Below are positions 40,224-50,600 of a stretch of 64,000 bases of DNA, piece by piece. The stretch lies in the IMG/VR virus record IMGVR_UViG_3300005080_000001, positions 32,001-96,000 of that record; one strand, written 5' to 3'. This DNA is from a virus. Taxonomy: Duplodnaviria; Caudoviricetes. A program made the position numbers and the translations under genes. Every line of letters begins with the position of its first letter. Position 1 is the stretch's first letter. The notes below the pieces were generated by a model, which worked only from the letters and a program-made list of their open reading frames with translations, had not been told where the DNA came from and searched no databases.

Positions 40224-40439
40224 AGGGAGGAATCGTAGTGATTTATTGCAATCTTTATAACACTAAGTGTGATGTTGAGAAATCAAATGCAGATGAATAT
40301 CCAACCCCATGTCACTGGTGCAATAGTGGTAAGGGAGACTCTCATAAAGAGTATTTCGTAAAAGTGGATAAACAAGATTTTTACGAATCAGAACGTCAAG
40401 ATTCAATCAATGAATAAAAACTACATTTTATGAAGAAGG

Positions 40440-40667
40440 GTGTCTTGTATGAGAAAAGAATTGAACGATTTACTTAGACAGTCAAAGAAAGAGAATCCAT
40501 GTTTAGAGCCTACTCATATTATCATATTCGGAAACAAGGAGGATGAGCAGTTTGAATATGCATTTTGTTTCGAGGAGCAAATTGACCATGCATTAAGTAT
40601 TTTATATGGAAAAGTTGAGTTTGCTATTGTTAGAGAAGTTGGGAAAATAGTAGCTAGAATTCAATAA
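40440..40667 (+). CDS. Hypothetical protein
   Basis: ORF track; follows a family D site. Confidence 0.55.
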   Translation: MSCMRKELNDLLRQSKKENPCLEPTHIIIFGNKEDEQFEYAFCFEEQIDHALSILYGKVEFAIVREVGKIVARIQ

Positions 40668-40693
40668 GGCTACATTTATAAAGGAGGATTACT

Positions 40694-41267
40694 ATGAAGA
40701 CATTTTTTTACAAGTGACACACATGCTTGGCATAAGAACATCTTAAACTTTGAAAAAAGACCATATGCATCTGTTGAAGAGATGACAAAGGATATGATTA
40801 AAAAGTGGAATGAGCAAGTTAGCAATGAGGATATTGTCTACCATTTAGGCGACCTATGTCTAGGAAACTATGACCCAACAGTTGATGTATTAAAACAACT
40901 TAATGGAAAGATTATTCTAATTAAAGGCAACCACGACCATTCAAAATATTACAAGAAAATCGTTGAAATGGGATTACTACATGAGTATCACGAAGTTGGG
41001 ATTACCTTAAATTACAACAAACATCAGATGTGGCTAACCCATTATCCATTTGAGATTGGATTACGCCCACGTAAATGGTCAATTCATGGTCATATCCATG
41101 GAATGGAGTCAACTTGGGATAATCAGATTAACGTTGGGGTAGATAGTCCACACTTCAAGCACAAGCCATTTGGCGAGCTAATTACAATTGATGAGCTGTT
41201 TGAAGTAATGGAACAGCGACTACCTTCAATTGAAGAGAGATATGTGAATCAAAAATGGGATCGATGA
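40694..41267 (+). pseudogene. Calcineurin-like metallophosphoesterase with one extra T in a T7 run near the start
   Basis: ATG AAG ACA TTTTTTT ACA AGT GAC ACA CAT: removing one T gives MKTFFTSDTH; downstream GD, GNHD and HGHIH intact. Confidence 0.8.
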
Positions 41268-41282
41268 GAGGAGACATGTACG

Positions 41283-41657
41283 ATGGAAGGATTAAAATTG
41301 TATTCACGTTTATTTGGGGATTATGCGCCTTACGAACTAGAGGATCACGATGAAGTATCTTGCTACGAGGAAGATTTATCCTGTCATGATGGTTGGTATA
41401 TCATAACTGACATTTCATTTAGATACAGAGGAAAGAAATACATTCTTCAAAGAAAAGACCATTCATCTGACAATGTGTCCGACACAGAGTATCTTATGGA
41501 CGGCTTCCGTGAGGTTGTTTCGACAAACGAATTGGAAAAAGAGATAGATGAAATCATTAGAAATATCGAAAATGAGATGCACTATGATTCGTTTGAAGAG
41601 ATTATTCAAGACCTAGAAGGTTTAAAGAAGAAGTTCAATCATCTAATTGAAGTCTAG
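41283..41657 (+). CDS. Acidic hypothetical protein
   Basis: GAGGAG RBS. Confidence 0.65.
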   Translation: MEGLKLYSRLFGDYAPYELEDHDEVSCYEEDLSCHDGWYIITDISFRYRGKKYILQRKDHSSDNVSDTEYLMDGFREVVSTNELEKEIDEIIRNIENEMHYDSFEEIIQDLEGLKKKFNHLIEV

Positions 41658-41668
41658 GAGGCAATAGA

Positions 41669-41863
41669 ATGGCAGAGATATATAAGGAATTAAAGCCAGT
41701 ACAGGTTGATTATGTTTGTGACACATGTGGAGAAGGCAAGCTAAAGTCTACAGGAGCGATGAAATTATCGTATCCTCCTCTATACACTCATAAATGCAGT
41801 AAGTGTAATGAGGTATTTGACTTGAAGAAGACATATCCTTCGATTGAATATATTACAGAATAA
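41669..41863 (+). CDS. Small Zn-ribbon protein
   Basis: CxxC...CxxC; AGGAGG RBS. Confidence 0.7.
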   Translation: MAEIYKELKPVQVDYVCDTCGEGKLKSTGAMKLSYPPLYTHKCSKCNEVFDLKKTYPSIEYITE

Positions 41864-41879
41864 TAGGAGGTACATTTCA

Positions 41880-42176
41880 ATGAATAAATATGTGAAAGCA
41901 TTGCTATCGCTATCGGTAGCAGTGACATTATTAGCAGGATGCGAAGAAGAACAGCCTGTAGCAAAAATAGAAAACGTTACAGTCATTAATAAATCTACGA
42001 AAGATTACAGCAGAGCAGGTAGTGAATATTTTGTCACAGTACAAAAGAATGAGAATACAGCTACATTTGAAGTAGATCAAGAAGTATTTAATGCCGTTAC
42101 TAACGGAACAATAATCAGTGGCAATCAGTATCGAACTAATCAGCTGAAAGATGTTACATTCCCTAAATTAAAGTAA
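41880..42176 (+). CDS. Lipoprotein
   Basis: Signal peptide with LAGC lipobox. Confidence 0.8.
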   Translation: MNKYVKALLSLSVAVTLLAGCEEEQPVAKIENVTVINKSTKDYSRAGSEYFVTVQKNENTATFEVDQEVFNAVTNGTIISGNQYRTNQLKDVTFPKLK

Positions 42177-42196
42177 TCAATTAATAGGAGGCAGTT

Positions 42197-42406
42197 ATGA
42201 GACATAAAGAGTATAGATTAGTAGTTTCACGAATTGATGGCAATAAACTTGAATTCTACTATGATACAAAGGTTGAATTAACAGTTGCAGAAATGATGAT
42301 AGCAAAAGGTCTTAATGGATTTGCAGGTGCTACTGCTCAACAATGGATTGACGAAAATCATGTCCGTTACTGCGGAGAGTCAAAGTATATGCACATTATT
42401 CTATAA
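42197..42406 (+). CDS. Hypothetical protein
   Basis: AGGAGG RBS. Confidence 0.6.
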   Translation: MRHKEYRLVVSRIDGNKLEFYYDTKVELTVAEMMIAKGLNGFAGATAQQWIDENHVRYCGESKYMHIIL

Positions 42407-42561
42407 CAAGGAGTGTTAGTATGGATCGTTGGGATTTAGCAGTTGAAATAGTAGAAAGCCTTGATGCGTTTATAAAAGAAGAAGTACCAAGACAAGAACT
42501 TGTTGAGATTACTTACAAGCAAATCAATGAACATATAGAAAAATACTAGGAGGCATAACAG

Positions 42562-43332
42562 ATGGAAAGAGAAGTGTTATTAAAGGCTAATACAGGAAGT
42601 TGGAATTACAATCTACAGCAGACATTACAGGATTTGATCTTACTTGGACTAGAGAATCATACACCGTCCGATAAAGATTACAAGGTGTTTGTTCCCCCAA
42701 CATTTGAAGAATTATACAAGGGTAAAACCTATCATCAAGCGATCATCACAAAGGTTGAAGACCAAGATATCCATGATATCCGCAAGCTTCCAGACTTACT
42801 TTACAAGTCTAATATCGCTTACCTAGAATTGCTGTTCTCTCAAGATATTGTATTTAAAGATTGTGAGGAGTTAAACTTCCTATATTCCGTTAGACATGAG
42901 ATTGCTAGAATGAATCTTCCACAGCTATTCAAGTCTACAGGCGGTATGTTTAATCAGCGCATGAAGAAGCTAGACCATGCGACAGAAGGTACACAGCATT
43001 TAGTAGATGCCTATGGTTGGAATACAAAGGAAGGTTTACATACTTTTAGATCGGCACAGCTACTTGTAAGATACGAAGAAACTGATTTTAAAGACTTCGA
43101 AAAGGCACTACGCTATGAAGACTATGAGAGACAAGCATTGCTTGATATCAAGAATGGGTCAATGACAAAGGAGGAATTCATTCGTTTTGTTACACAGTAT
43201 CACGATAATGTATTTACTCCTTTAAAAGAGAAGTACTGTAGCTATAAACCAAATGAAGAATTGAAGCAAGCGATTGATTACAACATCATGAATCTTGTTG
43301 AAAAATCTGTATTAAGCAAAAGTATTGCATAG
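42562..43332 (+). CDS. Pol-beta superfamily nucleotidyltransferase (RlaP-like)
   Basis: GSxxYNL...SDKDYK, N..YLELLFS, helical C-terminus. Confidence 0.78.
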   Translation: MEREVLLKANTGSWNYNLQQTLQDLILLGLENHTPSDKDYKVFVPPTFEELYKGKTYHQAIITKVEDQDIHDIRKLPDLLYKSNIAYLELLFSQDIVFKDCEELNFLYSVRHEIARMNLPQLFKSTGGMFNQRMKKLDHATEGTQHLVDAYGWNTKEGLHTFRSAQLLVRYEETDFKDFEKALRYEDYERQALLDIKNGSMTKEEFIRFVTQYHDNVFTPLKEKYCSYKPNEELKQAIDYNIMNLVEKSVLSKSIA

Positions 43333-43341
43333 GAGGATATT

Positions 43342-43794
43342 ATGAGCAAATTTATTATTTACTGTAACGGTGGATGCCGTGGGAATCAATCTGACGAAAA
43401 TATTGGTGGTTGGGGTGCATTATTAAGTTACAATGACAACGAAAAGGAACTATATGAAGGCGTTCGTAATACAACCAATAATAAGATGGAGTTAACAGCT
43501 TGTATAAAGGCGCTTGAAGCTATTCATGGCAATACAGCAATTCCAGTTGAGATTTATGTTGATTCTGCGTATGTTTGCAATGGCATGAACTCTTGGGTAA
43601 AAGGTTGGATAGCAAGAGGTTGGAAGAAGGCAGATAAGAAGCCAGTAGAGAATCAAGACTTATGGAAACGACTTGTTCATCTAGCTTCAACACACGATGA
43701 TATCAAGTTTTTAAAAGTCAAAGGTCATGCTGATAATGAAGGTAATAACCGAGCAGATGCATTGGCAAATAAGGCTATGGATGAAATATCATAA
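43342..43794 (+). CDS. rnhA: Ribonuclease HI with first catalytic Asp replaced by Asn
   Basis: TTNNKMEL, YVDSAYV, VENQDLW, KVKGH..GNNRADALA; YCNG in place of YxDG. Confidence 0.9.
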   Translation: MSKFIIYCNGGCRGNQSDENIGGWGALLSYNDNEKELYEGVRNTTNNKMELTACIKALEAIHGNTAIPVEIYVDSAYVCNGMNSWVKGWIARGWKKADKKPVENQDLWKRLVHLASTHDDIKFLKVKGHADNEGNNRADALANKAMDEIS

Positions 43795-43869
43795 AACAAA
43801 AGTATTGCAATTAAGTTAACGATTTAGTATAATAAAGTAGTTAACAAATTGTATTTATGGGTGATAAAA

Positions 43870-44943
43870 ATGAATGCACAATCTCTTAAGGAATATCTTA
43901 TCGAGGACATCGGTAGAATTAAAAAGGTTCTTGAGGCAGTTGGCGTTCATAGAATTTGGGAAACGGGATCAGAACTGAGGGGAGCGCCTGCAGATTCTGA
44001 GAATCACACGGCAATAAGCGTTGATGTTAATACGCTTTTTTGCCGTTATTACAAGCGTGATGAGACTTTCAGAGGAGACATTTTAGAGTTAATTAAACTT
44101 CTCCGTGATGAATCATTCTCTGATAGTTTCAAGTTTGTAAAGTCTTTATTCGGTCTTGGCGGTAAGTTCGTCAAGGAAAACAAGATTGATCCCCTTGCAA
44201 AGTTTAAAGGAATCAGAAAGCAACATAAGCCAATTACTAATTTAGATGACGTAGAAGTACCTAAGTTTGGCATGGAAGCGCTGAGTGATTTCATTATGAT
44301 ACCGCATATCAACCTGTTCTATGAAGGAATTATGCCTCAGACAGCAGAGTTATTTAAAGTTTGCTACGATCCAAAGTTGGATAGAATTCTATTCCCACAT
44401 TTCAACTACAATGATAAAAACGCAATTGTTGGGATTACAGGACGTACAACACGTAGTAAAGAGGAGATAGACCAGTTTCTTATTCCTAAGTACTGGAACT
44501 ACATTTCTGGATATAAGAAAATGTATAACTTATATGGACTGGCACATGCTCTCGAATTTGTTAAAAAGTATGGAATGCTTGTTATATTCGAGGCAGAAAA
44601 GTCAGTGTTAAAGAACTTCACGCAAACTAGAAATGAAGGTTACTCATGTAGTGTGGGTGGACACGAAATTAGCGATGTGCAAGTACAGATGTTAATGAGA
44701 CTTTTACCAACTGACGTAGAAGTAGTCATAGCATTTGATAGCGATGTTATGAGAATGACAGATAAGAAGACTGGTGAGCATGTTGGTGAAAAGTACTTAA
44801 TCAGACAGGCTCAAAAGTTCTCGAAATATCGTAAAGCTAGTTATATTTATGATGAAAACAAGTTACTTGGAGACTTTGAATCTCCCATTGACAGGGGATA
44901 TAAGGTATTCCATGAGTTATTAGAAAGCAGGAGAATAGTATAA
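43870..44943 (+). CDS. DNA primase (TOPRIM)
   Basis: ILFP..IVGITGR, LYGL, IFEAEKS, IAFDSD. Confidence 0.88.
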   Translation: MNAQSLKEYLIEDIGRIKKVLEAVGVHRIWETGSELRGAPADSENHTAISVDVNTLFCRYYKRDETFRGDILELIKLLRDESFSDSFKFVKSLFGLGGKFVKENKIDPLAKFKGIRKQHKPITNLDDVEVPKFGMEALSDFIMIPHINLFYEGIMPQTAELFKVCYDPKLDRILFPHFNYNDKNAIVGITGRTTRSKEEIDQFLIPKYWNYISGYKKMYNLYGLAHALEFVKKYGMLVIFEAEKSVLKNFTQTRNEGYSCSVGGHEISDVQVQMLMRLLPTDVEVVIAFDSDVMRMTDKKTGEHVGEKYLIRQAQKFSKYRKASYIYDENKLLGDFESPIDRGYKVFHELLESRRIV

Positions 44944-45308
44944 TGAACATTAAGATTGAGAAAATGGAAGATTTATTGTATTGGTATAAAGGTCACATTG
45001 ACAGAGTAATAGATGGAGATACTGTTGTATTTTCAGAATTGGATCTAGGATTCAATCTTTCTCTCAAAAATCCGCATGGTCGATTACTAGGGATTAATGC
45101 TCCAGAATTGCATGCAAAAGAAGCAGATGTCCGCTTTAAAGCAGAGCAGTCGAAAGAGTATCTTGCATCACGATTAACAGGTCAAGATGTAATCATTCGT
45201 AGCAAAGAAGTAGATAGCTTTGGTCGTATCCTATGTGAAGTGTACTTACAAGATGAATTTGTAAACCAAACGATTCTTGCAGAAGGATATGCTGTAGTGT
45301 TTGAATAA
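44943..45308 (+). CDS. Thermonuclease (SNase-like)
   Basis: RVIDGDT, RLLGINAPE, DSFGRIL. Confidence 0.9.
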   Translation: MNIKIEKMEDLLYWYKGHIDRVIDGDTVVFSELDLGFNLSLKNPHGRLLGINAPELHAKEADVRFKAEQSKEYLASRLTGQDVIIRSKEVDSFGRILCEVYLQDEFVNQTILAEGYAVVFE

Positions 45309-45342
45309 ATAAAACAAAAGTATTGCAATAAGGAGTGATATT

Positions 45343-45981
45343 ATGGCGAAGATTTATTTCCGCTATGGAACAATGGACTCATCCAAGACAGCACGTCTGT
45401 GTATGGATGCTTATGAATATCAACAACGTGGAGAATTTGTATTGCCAATGAAGCCAGTAATCGACACTCGTTCTGCAACGGGCTACATCGAAAGCAGAGC
45501 AGGGTTAAAAGTTAAGTGTCTTGACGTAGAGAAGGGATATAACGTCTTTGCTCATGTCAGCATGCTAGTAAACAATGGAATCAATTTAGCTTGTGTATTC
45601 GTAGATGAAGCACAGTTCTTAACATATTCACAAGTATTACAGTTGCGAATGATTGCTACAGAACTTGATATCCCAGTTATGTGCTACGGCTTGCGTACAG
45701 ATTTCACGGGACAAATGTTTGAAGGTTCAAAGACATTATTTGAACTGGCAGAGGTGTTTGAAGAAGTAAAAACAATCTGCCGAGAGGAAGGATGTCGTCA
45801 TAAGGCTATGTTTAATGTGCGTTATGAAAATGGCAAACCAACATTTAAAGGTGACTCTGTTAAGATTGGCGACACAAAAGAAGAAGAGAGCAAGGATTAT
45901 TATGTTGTAAAATGTGCAACTCATTTCCTTCACGACTTCCAACAATTCACAAAGGAGCATGCAGATGAGATTAACGTATGA
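45343..45981 (+). CDS. tdk: Thymidine kinase
   Basis: YGTMDSSKT, VDEAQF, YGLRTDF..FEGS. Confidence 0.92.
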   Translation: MAKIYFRYGTMDSSKTARLCMDAYEYQQRGEFVLPMKPVIDTRSATGYIESRAGLKVKCLDVEKGYNVFAHVSMLVNNGINLACVFVDEAQFLTYSQVLQLRMIATELDIPVMCYGLRTDFTGQMFEGSKTLFELAEVFEEVKTICREEGCRHKAMFNVRYENGKPTFKGDSVKIGDTKEEESKDYYVVKCATHFLHDFQQFTKEHADEINV

Positions 45982-47260
45982 GCAACTTAATTTAATAAAG
46001 GAAAAGATGGGCGTAGAAAATCTTTGGTCATTCTCCAAAGTGGGAACTTACGATCAATGTAGTTGGCTATATAAGTTAAAGTATATTGATAAGATTCGTG
46101 TCAAAGGTGACAACTGCTATACTTATTTTGGTTCGATTGCCCATGAAATCATACAGGATTTCTATGACGGCAAGCATGAATTTGGTGGGATGTTGCCTAC
46201 ATTTGATGCAAAAGTTGTAGAATGGCAAATGAAAGATGATCCGAAGCTTAAATTCAACTCCGATAAGGAACGTGATGGATATATTGAAAATCTTCGTCAT
46301 TACTTTAAGTTTGTTCAAACAATCCCTTATAAAGTAATGAATGAAAGAGCCGTATTAGCTGTATTCCATGGATTAGAGAAGTATGTATTCCAAGGCTATA
46401 TCGACTCGGAATTTTTGGACTCCGATGGAAATTTAGTTATCATGGACTACAAAACGTCTAGTATGTCTGGATTTACTGGCAAAGACTTACTCAAAAAGGC
46501 TCGTCAGCTTATTATCTATGCTATTGGCATCACTCAGCACGGTCGTATGATTGGTGACGAAATGCGTAAGTTTACTATGGACAAGATTAAAATCCGTTAC
46601 GATATGATGAAGTATTGCAATATCACATACACACAGAAGAATGGCAAAGAAACAGTTACCAAAGCAGAACGAAGACTATGGGTGGCTCATTTAGCTAATA
46701 AGCTTCGTAAAGACTTAGAAGACGTAGCTAAAGACATTGAGAAGCTTGAAAAAGAGATTGCCAAGCTAGTCAAGAAAATGAATATGAAGAAGACTACTCC
46801 AGAAGATGCAGAAGGATATAGTGTGGGAATTGGCGACATTGAACTCGAAATCGAACAGCTTCGTCTCGTAAATTTTGACCCTATTAAAATTAATGAGTTA
46901 ATTGAGAGCGCAATTGCTGAGAACAACCTTTCTGTAATGCCTCAATTCATTCAAGATAAGTATGTTGTAACGAATTGTATTATTGATGTGCCATTGACAG
47001 ATGAAGTAGTAGAAGAGTGCAAGCAGATACTAGTGGCTACACTTGATACTATTGTTACGAAAAGCAAGGAAGAGGATAAAGAAGAAGCGTTTAACCGCTC
47101 TCGTATCGACAATTCTGACTCCTATTATTGTGTAAACCTTTGTGATATGAAGGATTACTGTAGTTTCTATAAAGAGTTTAAAGAGCATAATGAAATGTTT
47201 GCTACAAAGAAAGAACAGCCTTCACAGGCAGAAGTACTAGCAATGTTTGGTTTATCTTAA
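45965..47260 (+). CDS. PD-(D/E)XK Cas4/AddB-like nuclease
   Basis: WSFS..C, FGSIAH, GYID..MDYKTS, QLxxY, C-terminal CxxxC-x5-C. Confidence 0.85.
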   Translation: MRLTYEQLNLIKEKMGVENLWSFSKVGTYDQCSWLYKLKYIDKIRVKGDNCYTYFGSIAHEIIQDFYDGKHEFGGMLPTFDAKVVEWQMKDDPKLKFNSDKERDGYIENLRHYFKFVQTIPYKVMNERAVLAVFHGLEKYVFQGYIDSEFLDSDGNLVIMDYKTSSMSGFTGKDLLKKARQLIIYAIGITQHGRMIGDEMRKFTMDKIKIRYDMMKYCNITYTQKNGKETVTKAERRLWVAHLANKLRKDLEDVAKDIEKLEKEIAKLVKKMNMKKTTPEDAEGYSVGIGDIELEIEQLRLVNFDPIKINELIESAIAENNLSVMPQFIQDKYVVTNCIIDVPLTDEVVEECKQILVATLDTIVTKSKEEDKEEAFNRSRIDNSDSYYCVNLCDMKDYCSFYKEFKEHNEMFATKKEQPSQAEVLAMFGLS

Positions 47261-47278
47261 AGCAAATGTTTTGCAATG

Positions 47279-47305
47279 AAGCGTAGAATTTTCTACGCTT
47301 TTTTC
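47279..47305 (+). terminator. Intrinsic terminator
   Basis: AAGCGTAGAA/TTCTACGCTT stem followed by a T tract. Confidence 0.75.
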
Positions 47306-47601
47306 TTTACATATCTTTTCTTAAATAGTAGTATAGTATTAAAGTACATACTCTTAAAAACGAGGTATCATTATGAGAATGAAGCATGTTCTGTTTATTA
47401 TCGCCATGCTTATATGCGGTTTTTTGTTTGGATCAGTTGGGATTGGAAGTTGAAAAAACTTTCTTTCCAAAAAAAATAAACAAAAGTATTGCAATTACAA
47501 AAGGTTCATGATATCTTATAAGAGTAGCAAGTGGCAGTAAGCCATTAAAAATAAATAACAAAACAAAAGTATTGCAATGACTTATGAGGAGGATTAGGAA
47601 A

Positions 47602-50600
47602 TTGACAACAGTATCAATTAAAACATCAGATTTACCATCCAATGTATTTAGCGATATGTTCTACACGGCAATTCATTTACACACAGACTTATCAAACCAA
47701 AACATGGTTGAGGTAGTTAATACCTATAAGCAATATATCGACAAAGCAGTTGAAATGGGGCATAAAGCTATCGCCTTCACAGAACACGGTAATGTACTAA
47801 GTTGGTATAATAAGAAGAAGTATGCTGAGTCCAAAGGGTTAAAGTACATTCATGGTTGTGAAGTTTACGTAACACTGACTCTTGAAGAGAAGAAGCGCGA
47901 CAACTTCCATATGATCTTACTTGCCAAGAACCATGAAGGGTTCAAAGAATTAAACAAGATGGTATCAACTGGATTCGATAGAAAGGGCAACAACTTCTAT
48001 TACAATCCACGTATTTCATGGGAAGATATTCAGAACACATCTGACAATATTATCATTTCAACAGCTTGTTTGGGCGGTATTGTCTGGCAGTTACACATGA
48101 ACCGTGCAGGCAGTGTCTATTCAGAAAGGGAACTTGCAAAAGTTATTAAATGGTTTTCTGAGAACAAGCATCGTGTTTTCTTAGAAATTCAGCCTCATAG
48201 ACATCTTGAACAGATTCAATACAACAGATTATTGAAGAAGATTTCTGAACAGACTGGAATCCGCTTAGTAGCAGGATCTGACACACATGCTTTAAATGAA
48301 GAGTACGATAAGGCTCGTAAGGTACTTCAAAAGGCAAAACGTATTACATTCACGGATGAGGACAGTTTTGATTTAAGCTTCCATTCATATGAGAAGATGT
48401 TTAAAATGTTCCAAGCGCAATATACATTTACTGATGAAGAGATTCACCAAGCAATGCAAATGACAAACGTAATTGCAGATATGATTGAGCCATGGGACAT
48501 TGATTACAGTAAGAAGTATCCGCAGTTATACGATAATCCAGAGGAAGTATTCCAACAAAAGATTGCAGAAGGTATCAAGTATCGTGGATTGGATAAGAAG
48601 TCTTTAGAAGTAAGAAAGGCAAATGCAGAACGAATTCAGCATGAATATGAAGTATATAAAGCGAATGAAGCAATTAACTATCTTCTACTTGAGGATGCTG
48701 TTAAGTCATATGCACGTAGCCAAGGTGTACGATATGGATTTGGTCGTGGTTCGGTTTCTGGAAGCCAAATAGCTTATTTACTCCGCATAACTGAAATGAA
48801 TGCCATTGATAGAAACTTAAACTTTGCACGTTTCATGTCAAAAGAGCGTATTTCTCTTGCGGATATTGATACTGACTTCCCACCAAATAAGCGACATATT
48901 GTACAAGAATGGCTGTTAAATCATGAAAAGCTACACTGCGCTCACATTATCACCTATAATACAATTGCCCTCAAGGGATGTATCCGTGATGTTGGTCGAG
49001 GACTAGATATACCGTTAGATGTAGTAGATGAGATTGCAAAAGGTGTAGAGGATAACGAAATGTACTGGAGAGAACGTCATCCAGAACTATTCCATTATGT
49101 TGACCTTATTCAAGGAACAGTAGTTTCAATTGGCGCTCATGCTTGCGGTATTGCCGTATCTCCAATTCCATTGGATGAAAACATGGGTACAATTACTACA
49201 ATTGATGCAGAAACTAAGCAACCAGTTGTATTAACACAAATCAACATGAAAGAAATTGATGCTCAAAACTTCGTAAAACTTGATGTTCTAGGTCTTGATA
49301 CAGTTGAGTTAATTAGTGAAGCCGTTGATTTAGCAGGTTTAAAATGGGAAAGTATTCTTCCAGAAAACCTTGATTCAGAAGACAGCGCAGTATGGGAGAG
49401 TGTCCTAGATAACAATATTGGTATTTTCCAATGGGAATCAGACTTCGCTCATCAGATTTATAAAGACCTATTCAGCAAAGAAACGATTGAAAAGATTAAA
49501 CAGGTTCATCCTAAGTTCTCATATATGGACTTATTCTCGCTTGGTAATGCGATTATCCGTCCTGCAGGTGCTTCTTATCGTGATGATGTAGTACAAGGTA
49601 ACTTCTATGACAATGGTCACGAAGTATTAAATAAATTCCTTTCTCCTACACTTGGACGACTTGCTTATCAAGAGCAAATTATCGACTTCCTTGTACAGTT
49701 CTGTGGTTACACAGGCGGTGAAGCGGACGTAATTCGTAGATCGATAGGTAAAAAGGATCGTGAAACATTAGAGAGACTACTACCAGAGATTAAGCAACGA
49801 TTTATTGATACAATGATTGAGAAGTACGAGACTCGTAATGTAACGGCAGAGCAAATCTCTGAGCCTTTCATTCAAGTAATCCTTGATGCTAGTAACTACG
49901 GTTTCAGTATTAATCACTCAGATGCGTATAGTTGGTTAGGATATGCTTGTGCATGGTTACGTTATTACTATCCATTGGAGTTCATTACAGCCAATTTAAA
50001 CGTAAATATCAGTAAACAGGAGAAGACTGCTAAGTTAGTAGAATATATGAAGTCTAAAGGCATTACTCTAAACGGTATTAAATTCCGTTATTCAAGAGCA
50101 GGTTACATGTTTGATAAAGAAACAAACTCTATTTACCAAGGTGTCGAGCCTATTAAGTTCTTAAATGCTCAAGTAGCAGAAGGACTATATAGCTTAAGAG
50201 GTAACCATTATGCAAGCTTTACAGACTTATTGATTGATATTAAAGATGGTATTACCATTATGATTGATGGCGATCCAGAACGTGTTGCAAGAATCAGAGA
50301 TGTTTTCACGATCGATCATGAAGATTTTAATCCAAAAGTATTGCAAAAGTTAGAGAAGGATGGTAAGATAGAATACGTGGAAGATAGAAGCGTTACTATC
50401 AACTCCAGACAAATGAATATACTAATCTCTTTAGGATATTTCAGCGAATTTGGTGGCAACAAAAAACTTCTAAGAATCTTTGAATTCTTCGAGAAGAACT
50501 ACAAGAAGACACTTAAGCTGAAATCTAAAAAAGAACGTTATGCAAAAGTATTGCAATTTGAATTAGAACAAGTAGAGGAAAGTCTTTCATTGGTAGAACA

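Noticed and set aside
45965-47260. CRISPR-associated Cas4
   Set aside because: Replication-gene context with no cas1/cas2 or array
47372-47452. 26-aa signal-peptide-like ORF as a quorum peptide
   Set aside because: No pro-peptide or receptor; one added T gives an ordinary small membrane protein
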